Below, piece by piece: positions 46,801-59,344 of a stretch of DNA of 64,000 nt. This DNA comes from Leucoraja erinacea (lineage: Eukaryota), in assembly GCF_028641065.1 (NCBI RefSeq), contig NC_073400.1, positions 19,158,001-19,222,000 of the forward strand, in the 5' to 3' direction. The notes below the pieces were generated by a model, which saw only the letters and a program-made list of their open reading frames with translations, ran no database searches and was not told the DNA's origin. The translations under genes and the position numbers were made by a program. The stretch's first letter is position 1. Every line of letters starts with the position of its first letter.

Positions 46801-49800
46801 AGCGCTTGCTTTGTCCCTCCTTCTCCTCCCCTTCCCAGCTCTCCCACAAAGCCTACTGTCTCTGCCTCTTCCTTTCTTCCCCCCCCCTCCCTACCTGACA
46901 TCAGTCAGAAGAAGGGTCTCGACCTGAAACATCACCTATTCCTTCTCCCCATAGATGCTGCCTCACCCGCTGAGATTCTCCAGCATTTTGTGTCTACCAG
47001 TCAGTGTACAGATAACCTCCTGAGAGACAGAGAGAGAGAGAGACACACACACCAGTCGATGTGCAGATATCCTCCTGAGAGAGGGACAAGTCAGTTACAG
47101 AAATCCCCTGAAAGAGAGGGACTGTGAGACACCGCTGTTGTGTACAGATTGGGTATTGAGTACGTGTGTTTTGGTCCCAGAGAGACGTGGGCTGAGGGAT
47201 ATTGTTATTGTTTTCTTGTTGTCACGTATACAGCGAGAGGTGGAACAACACTGGTTTGCGTGCTACCGAGGCACAACATGTGTGCCATCCTATCATGAAT
47301 GAGTGCAACAATGACAAATGGTGCACAATGTAGTGTTGTAGCTGCAACACAAATGCAGATCAAGCAGGAGGCACAGGGCCATGATGAGGTTGGGAATTAT
47401 GGGAATATGATTGGGAATACATCCCTGGCATATGAGAGGCCCATTCAATAGTAAGATATGGGTGGGAAGATCTGTCCTTGGATCTGGTGGCACATGTTGG
47501 AGTTTTTGTATATTGTGCCTGATGAGCGAGGGGGGGAAACGAGACAGTGTCAGGAGTGTGAGTGGCCCCTGATTATGTTGATTGCTCTCCTGAGGCAGTG
47601 TGGTGTTGCTGGAGTGTGTGGGCTGGGGGTGGAGAGAGGCAGCCTTCTGTCACGGACTTTGCCTCACCCACACTCTGCCAGTCCGTGCAGTCGGAGCCGG
47701 AGTTGTTGCCAGACCAGGTTGGAATGCATCTTGAGAGGATGCTTTCTCTGGTTTAGTTTAGAGGTGCAGCATGGATGCACCAAGTCCATGCTAACCAGAG
47801 ATCCCCGCGCATTAATGCTAGCCTACAAACACCAGAGACATTTTACCATTTTACCAAGCCAATAAACCTACAAATGGCATTCGTGTGTGGGAGGAAACCA
47901 GTGCACCCAGAGAAAACCCACTCGGGTCACAGGGGGAACATACAAACTCCATATAGACTGCACATGTAATCAGAATTGAACCCTGGTCTCTGGCGCCGTA
48001 AGGCAGCAACTCTACCGCTGTACCTCCATGCTGCCCCATGCAATTGGTAATTGGAGAATCCCTCGTCTTATGAGGAAGCAGAAATATTGGTGGGTACTCT
48101 GGCTGTTTGTTGGACCCGTACCAATGGTTGGTGATATTTATAGCAAGTTTATATTCAACTATCTCTACTTTGGCACCATTGGTGCAGTCTGGGTCTGGGT
48201 CTGGAGTCCACCTGCTTCCTGCACTGTCACCAGCTCCTTGGTTTGGATGATATTGAGGGACAGGTTATTGTTTTGACACCATGATACTAAACGCTCAGTC
48301 TCATTCCTGGGATGTCAGGACTTTCATATGAAGAAAGACTGGATAGACTCGGCTTGTACGCGCTAGAATTTGGACGATTGAGGGGGGGTCTTGTGGTAAA
48401 GGGTAAAGCAGTGGATGTTGTCTATATGGACTTCAGTAAGGCCTTTGACAAGGTTCCTCATGGAAGGTTGGTTAAGATGGTTCAATTGTTGGGTATTAAT
48501 GGTGGAGTAGCAAGATGGATTCAACAGTGGCTGAATGGGAGATGCCAGAGAGTAATGGTGGATGGCTGTTTGTCAGGTTGGCGGTCGGTGACTAATGGGG
48601 TGCCACAGGGATCTGTGTTGGGTCCACTGTTGTTTGTCATGTACATCAATGATCTGGATGATGGTGTGGTAAATTGGATTAGTAAGTATGCAGATGATAC
48701 TAAGATAGGTGGTGTTGTGGATAATGAAGTAGATTTTCAAAGTCTACAGAGAGATTTAGGCCATTTGGAAGAGTGGTCTGAAAGATGGCTGATGGAGTTT
48801 AATGCTGATAAGTGTGAGGTGCTACATCTTGGCAGGACAAATCAAAATAGGACGTACATGGTAAATGGTAGTGATTTGAAGAATGCAGTTGAACAGAGGG
48901 ATCTAGGAATAACTGTGCACAGTTCCCTGAAGGTGGAATCTCATGTAGGTAGGGTGGTAAAGAAAGCTTTTGGTGTGCTGGCCTTTATAAATCAGAGCAT
49001 TGAGTATAGAAGTTGGGATGTAATGTTAAAATTGTACAAGGCATTGGTGAGGCCAATTCTGGAGTATGGTGTACAATTTTGGTCGCCTAATTATATGAAG
49101 GATGTCAACAAAATAGAGAGAGTACAGAGGAGATTTACTAGAATGTTGCCTGGGCTTCAGCAACTAAGTTACAGAGAAAGGTTGAACAAGTTAGGTCTAT
49201 TCTTTGGAGTGCAGAAGGTTAAGGGGGGGGGGGGGGGGGGGGGACTTGATAGAGGTCTTTAAAATGATGAGAGGGATAGGCAGAGTTGACGTGGATAAGC
49301 TTTTCCCATTAATGGTAGGGAAGATTCAAACAAGAGGACATGGCTTGAGAATTAATGGACAGACATTTAGGGGTAACATGAGGGGGAACTTCTTTACTCA
49401 GAGAGTGGTAGCGGTGTGGAATGAGCTTCCAGTGGAAGTGGTGGAGGCAGGTTCGATTTTATCATTTAAAAATAAATTGGATAGGTATATGGTCGGGAAA
49501 GGAATGGAGGGTTATGGTTTGAGTGCAAATAGATGGGACTAGGGGAGAATCAGTGTTCGGCACGGACTAGAACGGCCGAGATGGCCTGTTTCCGTGCAAT
49601 AATTGTTATATGGTTATATCCTTATAGAAACTTACAAAATTCTTAAGAAGTTGGACAGGCTAGATTCAGGAAGATTGTTCCCGAAGTTGGGGAAGTCCAG
49701 AACAAGGGGTCACAGTTTAAGGATAAGGGGGAAATCTTTTAGGACCGAGATGAGAAAAACATTTTTCACATAGAGAGTGGTGAATCTCGGGAATTCTCCG

Positions 49801-51018
49801 CCACAGAAGGTAGTTGAGGCCAGTTCATTGGCTATATTTAAGAGGGAGTTAGATGTGGTCCTTGTGGTTAAAGGGATCAGGTGGTATGAAGAGAAGGCAG
49901 GTACAGGATACTGAGTTGGATGATCATCCATGATCAGCATAGGCGGTGCATGCTCGAAGGGCCGAATGGCCTACTCCTGCCCCAATTTTTCTATGTTTCT
50001 ATTCATGCAATTTGTCTCATCGTTCTTCAATATCCAGCCTCCACAGTCGTGCATCTGATAATTTCCAAATTTACCATATGTAGAGTAGAATTTAGCCACA
50101 CTGTGTATAGATATCCCCCTGATTGAGGGAGAGAGGGACTGAAAGACACCAGTCGGTGTACAGATATCCCCATGATCGAGAGAGAAGACTGAGAGACACC
50201 GATCATGTACAGATTATGTATTGAGAAGCTTTTTGTCACGCACTGTCCCTCACCCACACTCTGCAAGTCCGTGCACTCTGGGCCAGAGCTGCTGCCATAC
50301 CAGGTTGTGATGCATCTTGAGAGGATGCTTTCTCTGGTTTGGTTTAGTTTAGAGATCTTGTGCGGAGTCCGTGCCAACCAGTGATCCCCGCACATTAACA
50401 CTATATTACACACATTAAGGACAATTTCCAATTTTACCATGCCAATAAACCTACAAACTGTATGTCTTTGGAGTGTGTGATGAAACCGGAGCACCCGGAG
50501 AAAACCCACGCAGGTAACAGGGAGAACGCACATACTCCATATAGACAGCTCCCGCAGTCGGGTTCAAACCCGTGTCTCTGGTTACTGTAAGACAGCAACT
50601 CTACCGCTGCACCACCATGCTGCCACCTGCACCGTGGTGCATCTGTAGCAATCAGTAATTGGACGATCCTTCGTCTTATGAGGAAGCAGAAGTATTGGTG
50701 GGTGGCTATTTGTTGGTGATATTTATAGCAAGCAACTTGAAACTTTCAACTATCTCTATTTCAGCACCATTGATGCAGTCTGGGTCTGGAGTCCACCTGC
50801 TTCCTGCACTGTCACCGGCTCCTTGGTTTGGATGATATTGAGGGACAGGTTATTGTTTTGACACCATGATACTAAACACTCTGTCTCATTCCTGTACTTT
50901 GTCTCATTATTCTTCAATATCCAGCCCTCCACGGTTGTCATATTTAGAGCTGTTAATTTTCAAATTATTTAGAGCATAATTTGGCCACAGAGTGTGTGTA
51001 TAAATATATATATATCTC

Positions 51019-51049
<31 letters not shown>

Positions 51050-54000
51050 ATCTCTGGATTAAAGTAATAGATGATGTTTTGGGTCGAGTTCCTTTGGTGT
51101 ACAGATATCCCCCTGTGAAAGGGACTGGGAGACTCCAGTCAGGATACAGAAATAAAGGTTTGGGGTGATTTGTGACCCTTGGCTGACGTGCTGTGTCTTT
51201 CACAGTGTCTTTGAGTGGATCCTACCAAGTGACGACCCGCTCGCCTAAAGTGAGCGTGCGAGCTGGAGCAGGTAAAGGAAGTGTGGGTCACTGTACACTG
51301 GCCACATGCCCACCAATCCCCTCCTCGACACTGCCTCTCACACCCGCTCTCGCCCCCTCCGCGCCCCTTCCTCCATGTTGCCTCTCACCCCCTCCATTCC
51401 TGCTTCTGGCCTTGCTCCTGTAACACGATGCACACAGGTTGTGAGTCACTGCCCCACGCCGCCCCTCATCGCTATCCCTCCAGCGGTCTCCCCCTCGATG
51501 CTTCCTCCTGCAGCGCCCTCTCTCTCTCGGCTCCGCAGCTGCATCTGCCCCCCCATGGCAGCGCTTTGACACCCCCCCCCCCCCCCCGTCTCCCGTCTCC
51601 CTGCAGTCCCCCAAACCACCCCTCCCATGGCAGCCATCCCCCTCTCCGGTGCCCTCAACCCTCCCCGCCTCCGCCCCCCTCAACCCTCACCCCCTCCTCA
51701 TGCGGGCCCCTCCCTGTGGTGCTGATGCCTGGCTCTGCCCCCAGCTGCCGACCTGTACTGTCAGTACTCTGCCGACTTTGGGGACCCCCGCGTGGAGTGG
51801 AAGTTCAAAGACCTGGAAGGATCCTTCCGTCTCGTCTACTACAACAAGCAGATCACTGGTAGGTCAGACCATCACCCCCCCCCCCCCCCCCCCCGTGTCT
51901 CACCTCCCCCTATCTCAGATATGATATGATATGATATAGCTGGGACTACGGAGATGTGGCTTGAGGGTGAACAAAGCTAAGTGCTCAACATGCAGAGGTA
52001 TTCAATTTTCAGGAAGGATATATAGAAAGGAAGAGGAGGTGGGGTGGCATTGCTGGTTAAAGAGGAGATTAATGCAATAGCAAGGAGTGACATCAGTTTG
52101 GATGCTGTAGAATCAGTATGCGTAGAACTGTGAAATAACCAAGGGCAGAAAACGCTTGTTGGAGTTGTGTACAGACCAGCACACAGCAGTAGGGAGGTTG
52201 GGGATAGCATCAAGCAGGAAATTAGAGATGCGTGTAGCAGAGCTACAGCAGTTATCATGGGTGACTTGAATCTATATATAGATTGGTCTAACCAAATTGG
52301 CAACAACAGTTTTCTAAGCCAATATGTAGAGGAACCAACTAGAGGGCAGGCCATGCTAGACTGGGTATTGTGTAATGAGGAAGGATTTGTTAGCATTTAA
52401 TGTTTAAGAAGGAACTGCAGATGCTGGAAAATCGAAGGTAGACAAAAGTGCTGGAGAAACTCAGCGGGTGCAGCAGCATCCATGGAGCGAAGGAAATAGG
52501 CAACGTTTCGGGCCGAAACACCCTTCTTCTTTAGTTAGCAACTTTGTTGTGCAAAGCCCCTTGGGTAACAATGACCATAATATACTTTATGACCATCATA
52601 TTTTGATGGTATGAGACAAGAATTGGCTACGATGGACTGGTAAATGATACTTAAAGGATTGATTGTGGATAAGCAATGGCAAAGATTTAAAAATCGCATG
52701 GACGAATTACAACAATTCATCCCTATCTGGCTTAAAAAAATAAAACTGGGAAGGCGGCTCAACTGTGGCTAACGACGGAAATTAGAGATAATGTTAAATC
52801 CAAGGAAGAAACATAAATTGGCCAGAGGAAGCAACAAACCGGAGGACTGGGAGAAACTTAGAGGATGAAACGAGTAGAGTGGATAAGGGAGATGTGGTGG
52901 ATCTGGACTTTCAAAAAGCCTTTCACAAGGTCCCACATGAGAGAATAGTATAAAAAATGGTATTGGGGGTAGGGTATTGGAACTTAATAGAGAACTGGTT
53001 GGCAGACAGGAAGCAAAGAGTAGGAATTGACGGGAATGGCAGGCAGTGACTAGTGGGGTGCTGCAAGGCTCAGTGCTGGGACCCCAGTTATTTACAATAT
53101 ATATTAACCATTTAGGTGAGAGAATTAAATGTGACATCTGCAAGTTTGCGAATGACACAAAGCTGGGTGGCAGTGTGAGCTGCGAGGAGGATTGCTATGA
53201 GGCAGCAGAGTCGTTTTGATAGGTTGGATGAGTGGGCACATGCAACGTAATGTGGATAAATGTGGCGTTATCCATTTTGGTGGCAAGAACCGGCAGGCAG
53301 ATTATTACCTGAATGGTACTAGAATAGGCAAAGGGGAGGTGCAACATGACCTGGGTGTCCTTGTACATCGGTCACTGAAAGTAAGCATGCAGGTACAGGA
53401 GGCAGTGAAGAAAGCCGCTGTCATGTTGACCATCATAGCGATTGGACAGGCAAGATGCAGAAAAAATGTTATCGCTGTTGGGGAAGTCCAAAACCAGGGG
53501 TCACAAGTGAAGAATACGGGGTAGGACATTTAGGACTGAGATGAGGAAAAACGTTTCCACCCAGCCAGTTGTGAATTTGTGTAATTCTCTGCCACAGATG
53601 GCAGTGGGGGCCAACTGACAGGATGTTTTCAAGAGAGAGATAGATTTCTTAGTGCTAATGGAGTTTAGAGATATGGGGGGGAAGCAGGAACGGGGGTACT
53701 GAGTTTGGATGATCTTGCACCTATTTCCGATGTTTCTATGTCTCCCCTCTCCCTGTCTCTCCGTGCAGACACTTACCAGGGCCGTGTAGACTTCTCTCCC
53801 GCTGCTCTCCACTTTGTGAAGACTCAAGCGACAGACAGCGGTGAATACAGCTGTGAGGCGACCACACCCGACGGGGAATACACCGACACCGTCAAGGTCG
53901 AGCTCGTCGTGCAGGGTGAGGGGAACGTCGGGCGGGGGGGGGGGGGGGTGGCTGGGGGGGGTGGACGGGGTATCTGCGTCGGGGGGGGGGATAAAGTGTA

Positions 54001-57000
54001 GGCAAGTTGGAGGAGAGTGGGGGGGGAGGTGGGGCCAAATAGTGAGAGGGAGGTGAATGTGGGGACAGGTGGAGAAGGAGAGGAGGAGGGTGGGGGAGGG
54101 GGGGGGTGAGACGGGGAGCGACGGGGCGAGGAGTGATGAGACGGGGGGTGTGAGGGGAGGGGATGGTGACGGGTGGAGGGGAGAGGGCGGACATGCTCTC
54201 TGGATGGTGTGTCTCACTGCCTGTCCCTCCCCTCTCTCTGCAGTCCCCCCCGGGCAGCCCACGGCCAATGTGCCCTCCTCGGTGGTCAAGGGCAGCATGG
54301 TACAGCTGCAGTGCACGGAGACCACGGGCTACCCACCGCCCACCTTCCGCTGGTACCGCAACAACGTGTTGATGCCCGAGAAATCAGCTGCAAGTGCCAG
54401 CTTCCGCAACTCCACCTTCACCATCCAGCCTGGCACGGGGAGCTGGTGAGTGCCCCCCATTGGAGGGGGAGGGGGAGGGGGTAGGGTGGGTTGTTTTTGG
54501 ATGGCGAGGGCTGTCGGGGTTAGAGGGCAGTGGAGGGAGGGAGATTGTTGGATGGCCGGTGGTGGGGGGGCAAAAAGAGAGGGGTGGGGAGCGGAGGGTA
54601 AAGGGGTAGGAGGGAGTGGTGGGGGGGGGGGGCGTTTTGTAGGGACGGGGGGATTGGGGAGGAAGGGAGGGTGAGGTGTGGGTGGGAGAGGGATATCAAT
54701 GGCTAGGGATGGTGGGGGCAGTGGGAGTGGGAAAGGGGATGATGATGGTGGTGGTGGTGGGGTTATTGGTTGACAAGGGGTGGCGGGTGGTGGGAGATGG
54801 ACGAGTGTTGGGCACAGGGCGGGCGTGGGTTGGATCAGATGGGGGGAAGGGGAGTGAGTGGTGAGGTCTGTAACTGACATGTTGCCCTTCCTGTCCCTGA
54901 CCCCAAGACCTTCGACCCAGTGAAATCAGGCAGACAATGGTGAATACATGTGTGAAGCCAGCAATGGGGTGGGGCCACCCACCAAGAGCTCCCCCCTCAG
55001 CCTGCAAGTGTGTAAGTGACACTCCCATCCCCACCGCCATTCCCTCTCTAGAACAGCCTACTGCTGTCTGGTACTCCCCCTACCGCTCTGTCCCCTCCAA
55101 CCCACCTCCGACCCCCCCCCCCCCCCCCCCCCCCCCAGCCTGCTGCTGCCTGTGTGTACTAGTCTACAGCGAGGGGCTGAATGGCCTGACGGTTACCTGT
55201 CTCCTGCCACCTGTATAGATGAAAGCAACGTGGGGGGCATCGTTGCCGGAGTGATCGTGGCCCTCATCATCCTGGCCCTCATCGGCGTCGCCATCTGGTT
55301 CGCCTATCGCAAGGGATACCTGGGACGTAAGTACCACATCAGCTATCCCTAACCCCTCCCCTTTCCATTCCCGGTCCTTCCCCCTTTCCAGTTCCTTCTC
55401 CCATGTCCCCCCCCCCCCCCCCCCCCCCGGCGAGGGCTGACTGGAACTTGTGCTAATACTCACCCATGGAGGGAGCGGGGGTAGTGTGGGTTTGGGGTGG
55501 AGGGAGGTTTTTGGGTTGAGGGAGTGGGTGTATAGGGTGGAGGGAGGGAATGTTGAAGATGGGGGGGGGGGGGGGGGGGGGGGAGGTGGTGGGATTGAAT
55601 CCTCTCTGACTCTAATCTCTCCTCTTTTTGTCCACTCGTACAGGGAAAACAAGGTAAGGTGTCATCTCTGTAATCCCTCTGGATTTGTACCCACCCCACA
55701 TTCTGTAATCCCCCCCCCCCCCCATCACCATAACCCCTCTCCCTCCCTATCTCCCTGTAAACCACCCCCCCCCCCCCCCCCCATTCTCTCTATAATCTTA
55801 CCTCTTGTCTTTAACCCTCCCTGTCTGTTACCCCCCCCCCCCCTTTACTCAAACTCCTCATTCTGTGACCCTCTCCAGTCCCTGTACCCCCTTACTCTCT
55901 CTCTGTAAACCCCCTTGTTCGCAAGCCCCTCGCCTTCTGTAATCCCCTCTGGCCCCTAGTCCTTGACACCTACACCCCCACATATCTGTCCCCCCCTGCT
56001 CTGAGTGTGACAATGCTCTCTCTCCCTTTAGCGACAAGCCGAAGGTGATCTACAGCCAGCCGCCCGCAGACACGACCGACGATGTAAGCGGGGGATGGGC
56101 AAGTGGCTGGGCTGGTGGGGGGGTTCGGGGTTCGGGGGGGGGTTGGGGTTGAGTGGGGGGGTTCGGGGGGGGGGGGGGGGGCCTCATGGTGAAGCATTGT
56201 GGGGAGATGGAGTTGGTGTGTGCCTTCCTACTTGCTGTCTCCCCATGCCCTTCACACACACACACCGTGTACCCACCCACACTCCCCGTGCCTTCCCACA
56301 TAACCCCGCTTACTACCTCCCTGCCCATCCTCGCTTGCCCCCCAATCACCCCCCTCGCCCCTCCTAGGCCACGTGTAGAGACAATGGCATTGGTTCATTT
56401 TGGGATAAAATTGGACGGTGATCCGAATGGACTATTCCTGTACTGTAGAAATGAGGACGTTGCCAGGACTCGAGGGCTGGTGTAAAACGGAGAGTGGTTG
56501 GGCAGGGTAGGATTGTATTCTTTGCAGCACGAGAAAATGAGGAGTGATCTTAGAGGTCTTGAAGATCATGAGGGGAATAGACAGCATAAATGCACAGAGG
56601 TTTTTACCCAGGGTAGAGGAATCAGAACAAGAGGACATAGGTATAATGTAAGAGGGGAAAGATTTAATATGGACCTGAGGGGCAACTTTTTTTACACAGA
56701 GGGTTGTGGGTATTTGTAACGAACTGCCAGAGGTGGAAGTTGAGGTAGCTATTATAACATTTAAAAGACATTTGGACAGGCACATAGATCAGAAAGGTTG
56801 AGAGGGATATGGGTCAAATGTAGGTGAATGGGATCGGGTTAGCTGGGGCATCTTGGTCAGCGTGGACAAGTTGGGCCAAGGGGCAAGTTTCCATGTTTTA
56901 GTTTCAGTTTAGTGATATAGTGAGGAAACAGGTCATTTTGGCCCACCAGGTCCGCGCCGACCAACTAGTTCTTATGTTATTCCAGTTTTGCAACCTATAC

Positions 57001-57419
57001 ACCAGGGATAATTTACAGAAGGCAATTAATCTATAAACCTGCATGTCTTTGGAGTGTGGGAGGAAACCAGAGCACTTAGAGAAAGCAACATGGTGACGGA
57101 GAACATACAAACTCCATACAGACAGCACCCCGAGTCAGGATCGAACCCGGGTCTCTGGCACTGTAAGGCAGCAACTCTACCGCTGCGTCTCTGTTGACTG
57201 GATTTATCTCTGAACATACTTGACCCCATCCTATCTCTTATCCAACAAACAGTCTGAAGAGGGGTCTCGACCCGGAACGTCACCCTTTCCTTCTCTCCAA
57301 AGATGTTGCCTGTCTCGCTAAGTTACAACTATTTGTGTCTATAAACAGTCTAACTCGCTCTTTTTCATTCCCTATTTAATCAGGGTGACTTCAGACAGAA
57401 ATCTTCGTTTGTTGTTTGA
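40756..57419 (+). CDS. F11R: Junctional adhesion molecule A (JAM-A), 10 coding exons
   Basis: Exons 40756-40801, 51206-51271, 51745-51858, 53769-53915, 54244-54445, 54908-55011, 55219-55326, 55644-55653, 56032-56083, 57384-57419. Contains a signal peptide, the PRVEWKF dimerisation motif, DSGEYSC, a TM segment ending ...IWFAYRKGY, KVIYSQP and the PDZ-binding end FRQKSSFVV*. Two 1-bp indels in exons 5 and 6. Confidence 0.93.
42510..42767 (-). mobile_element. V-SINE (further minus-strand copies at ~19200-19435, 47750-48025, 50335-50620, 56897-57187, 59845-60150)
   Basis: Reverse complement of the tRNA-like head and conserved core. Confidence 0.8.
43540..44125 (+). mobile_element. CR1 LINE 3' end
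   Basis: EYSEQFWAPYLRK...[17 protein letters not shown]. Confidence 0.85.
45255..45570 (+). mobile_element. hAT transposase C-terminal dimerisation-domain relic
   Basis: LFPNVCVSLRILLTVPATAASAERSFSKRKLIKN*...LARLSIE. Confidence 0.8.
46335..46997 (+). mobile_element. Penelope-like GIY-YIG fragment with terminal repeat
   Basis: SFQVRQRFTCISSSLINCIRCSRRQLLHNGKAKRKLGDRF...VAQHFN. Confidence 0.85.
48311..50000 (+). mobile_element. Nested CR1 LINEs (a young RT-bearing copy ~48393-49620 inside another CR1 3' end)
   Basis: VDVVYMDFSKAFDKVPH...GVPQGSVLGPLLF..YINDL..KYADDTK. The outer element resumes at cttatagaaacttac ~49621. Confidence 0.9.
51206..51271 (+). CDS. F11R: F11R exon 2
   Basis: cacag|VSLSGSYQVTTRSPKVSVRAGA|gtaaag. 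Confidence 0.85.
51745..51858 (+). CDS. F11R: F11R exon 3
   Basis: AADLYCQYSADFGDPRVEWKFKDLEGSFRLVYYNKQIT|gtaggt. Confidence 0.92.
51940..53740 (+). mobile_element. Internally deleted CR1 LINE (endonuclease to 3' end) in F11R intron 3
   Basis: GVVYRP..VIMGDLN; QGSVLGPQLF..KFANDTKLGG. Confidence 0.85.
53769..53915 (+). CDS. F11R: F11R exon 4
   Basis: DTYQGRVDFSPAALHFVKTQATDSGEYSCEATTPDGEYTDTVKVELVVQ|gtgagg. Confidence 0.92.
54244..54445 (+). CDS. F11R: F11R exon 5 (apparently 1 nt short near the 3' end)
   Basis: VPPGQPTANVPSSVVKGSMVQLQCTETTGYPPPTFRWYRNNVLMP...NSTFTIQPGTG(EL)|gtgagt. Confidence 0.9.
54908..55011 (+). CDS. F11R: F11R exon 6 (apparently 1 nt extra)
   Basis: TFDPV.. / ADNGEYMCEASNGVGPPTKSSPLSLQV|gtaagt. 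Confidence 0.9.
55219..55326 (+). CDS. F11R: F11R exon 7 (transmembrane)
   Basis: YESNVGGIVAGVIVALIILALIGVAIWFAYRKGYLG|gtaagt. Confidence 0.92.
55644..55653 (+). CDS. F11R: F11R exon 8 (10-nt micro-exon)
   Basis: Pyrimidine tract, then tacag|GGAAAACAAG|gtaagg. It is required to join the phase 1 end of exon 7 to the phase 2 start of exon 9. Confidence 0.8.
56032..56083 (+). CDS. F11R: F11R exon 9
   Basis: SDKPKVIYSQPPADTTDD|gtaagc. Confidence 0.9.
57384..57419 (+). CDS. F11R: F11R exon 10 coding part
   Basis: atcag|GDFRQKSSFVV*. Confidence 0.92.
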   Translation, partial: GDFRQKSSFVV

Positions 57420-57821
57420 ATCATTCGTGGATTTCTTTGAACATGTTATTTGTGAAGAACTGAGGATAGAAGAAAGTTTCATTGAGCGCACTGCGGTTTT
57501 TATATTTTAATATATCATGGTTTTTGGAATCATCTGTTTCTCTACTTTTGTACTTGAATTGACATCGTGGAGGGAGCCCTGTGTAACTAGCCCGGGCCCT
57601 GGGCGTGTGTGACAGGACAATGCAAGGAGAAGCTTCACTCTGTGTCTGTCCCCTGGGGACTCTGTGGACTGACGGTGTGCGAGTGGGGTTTACGTTGCAA
57701 CGGGATGGGGATGGGCTTGCACTCGTCACTGGGAGTCACGAGATGGGTTATCACCAAATCTGTTCAGCGCTCTTCCCACCCTCGCTCCTCTCTCAACACC
57801 CTTGTCCTGCAGCAATAATTG

Positions 57822-57827
57822 AATAAA
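57822..57827 (+). terminator. F11R polyadenylation signal AATAAA
   Basis: Located ~400 nt after the stop and followed by a GT-rich element (tgtgctctgtgttgtggtgtt). Confidence 0.7.
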
Positions 57828-58329
57828 GTGTTCCTTATCTCTATCAGCGTTGTGCTCTGTGTTGTGGTGTTCGTAGATGCTGCCCTGTATCCATCGCCAG
57901 TTGAGGGGACAGGGCAGAGGTGAGCCTAGGGTCAGTGTCATTCCCTCACTCCCTGCTGTATCCTCCCTACTTGCGTGCCGCCCTCACTTCCCCCAAATAA
58001 GATAGGGGCCATTTGCCCCATGGGTGTCTCTCCTGTTCTATTCTATTCTATTCTGGTTACCCCTGGGTGTAGCCAATCCCCCGCGGTGCCCAGCGGTCCC
58101 GGAACCCCTCCGTGGTGCCTGTGGACACCGTGTGTTCTTTAGGGGCACCTGGGCATGGAAGAAGGGCAGCCAGTCGGCTCAGGCAGTGCCCTTGTCTGCC
58201 TGTCATTGTGATTCATGAATGGGCAACTTGGCCAGGTTGAGGACCATCCCAACCAAGACATACTCTGACCAACCAACCACCCTCTGGCTGCCTAAAGATT
58301 AGGATTGCCAAAATACAAGGAACATCACT

Positions 58330-59342
58330 TTCAAACATTCAAATGGGGCGAAGCATTCTCTCAGCTGCTGGTCCCTGAGGGAAGGTACTAAATTACCCTA
58401 AGGTGCTAAATGAGAATACAGCAAATTACAGCTGTGTTACTCAGGTGCCTGAGTTAATTGGGATCGATGGTTATTAGGAAAATCTACAGCTGATCAGCAT
58501 TCAGAGCAACCACAGTTCTGGAAAAAGGTCTTGTGCGCATATGAGACGAAGATTAACATATCAGAGTGATGGCAAGAGCATAGTATGGCGAGAAGGAACT
58601 GCCCAAGATCCAAAGCATGCCACCTCATCTGTGAAACACAGTGGTGGGGAGTGTTATGGCCTAGGCATGTATGGCTGCTGAAGGTGCTGGCTCACTTATC
58701 TTCATTGATGATACAACTGCTAATGGTAATAGCATAATGAATTCTAATGTGCATAGACACACCCTATCTGCTCAAGTTCAAACAAATGCTTCAAAACTCA
58801 TTGGCCAGCGGTTCATTCTGCAGCAAGACTGATCTCAAACATACTGCGAAAGCAACAAATGAATTTTTCAAAGCTAAAAAAATGGCCAAGTCAATCACCC
58901 GATCGGAACCTAATTGAGCATGCTTTTTATATGCTGAAGAGAAAACTGAAGCGGACTAGCCCCCAAAACAAGCATAAACATAACCACAGGCCTGGCAGAG
59001 CATCACCAGTGAAAACACTCAGCAACTGGTGATGTCCATGAATCGCAGACTTCAAGCAGTTATTGCATGCAAAGGAAATGCAACAAAATACTAAACATGA
59101 CTACTTTAATTTACATAACATTGCTGTGTCCCAAATATTATGGTGCCCTGAAATGGGGGGGGGGGACTATGTAATTACTGCTGTAATTTCTACATGGTGA
59201 AAACAAAATGTATAAAAATGGCCTTTATTAAAATCTCACAAAGTGCACTTTAACCATTTCTATTACAAATCTCAAATTCTGGATTGCAGAGGCAAATAAA
59301 TAAATGATGGGTCTTTGTCCCAAACGTTATGGAGGGTACTCT
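58330..59342 (+). mobile_element. Tc1/mariner transposon relic, same family as 6355-7118
   Basis: SSVKHSGG..MA.ACMAAEG; FILQQD; SPDRNLIEHAF; terminal cccaaacgttatggagggtact. Confidence 0.88.
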
Positions 59343-59344
59343 AC

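Noticed and set aside
48312-49262. 316-aa ORF as a host gene
   Set aside because: It is CR1 reverse transcriptase, a chance in-frame fusion of two nested LINE fragments.
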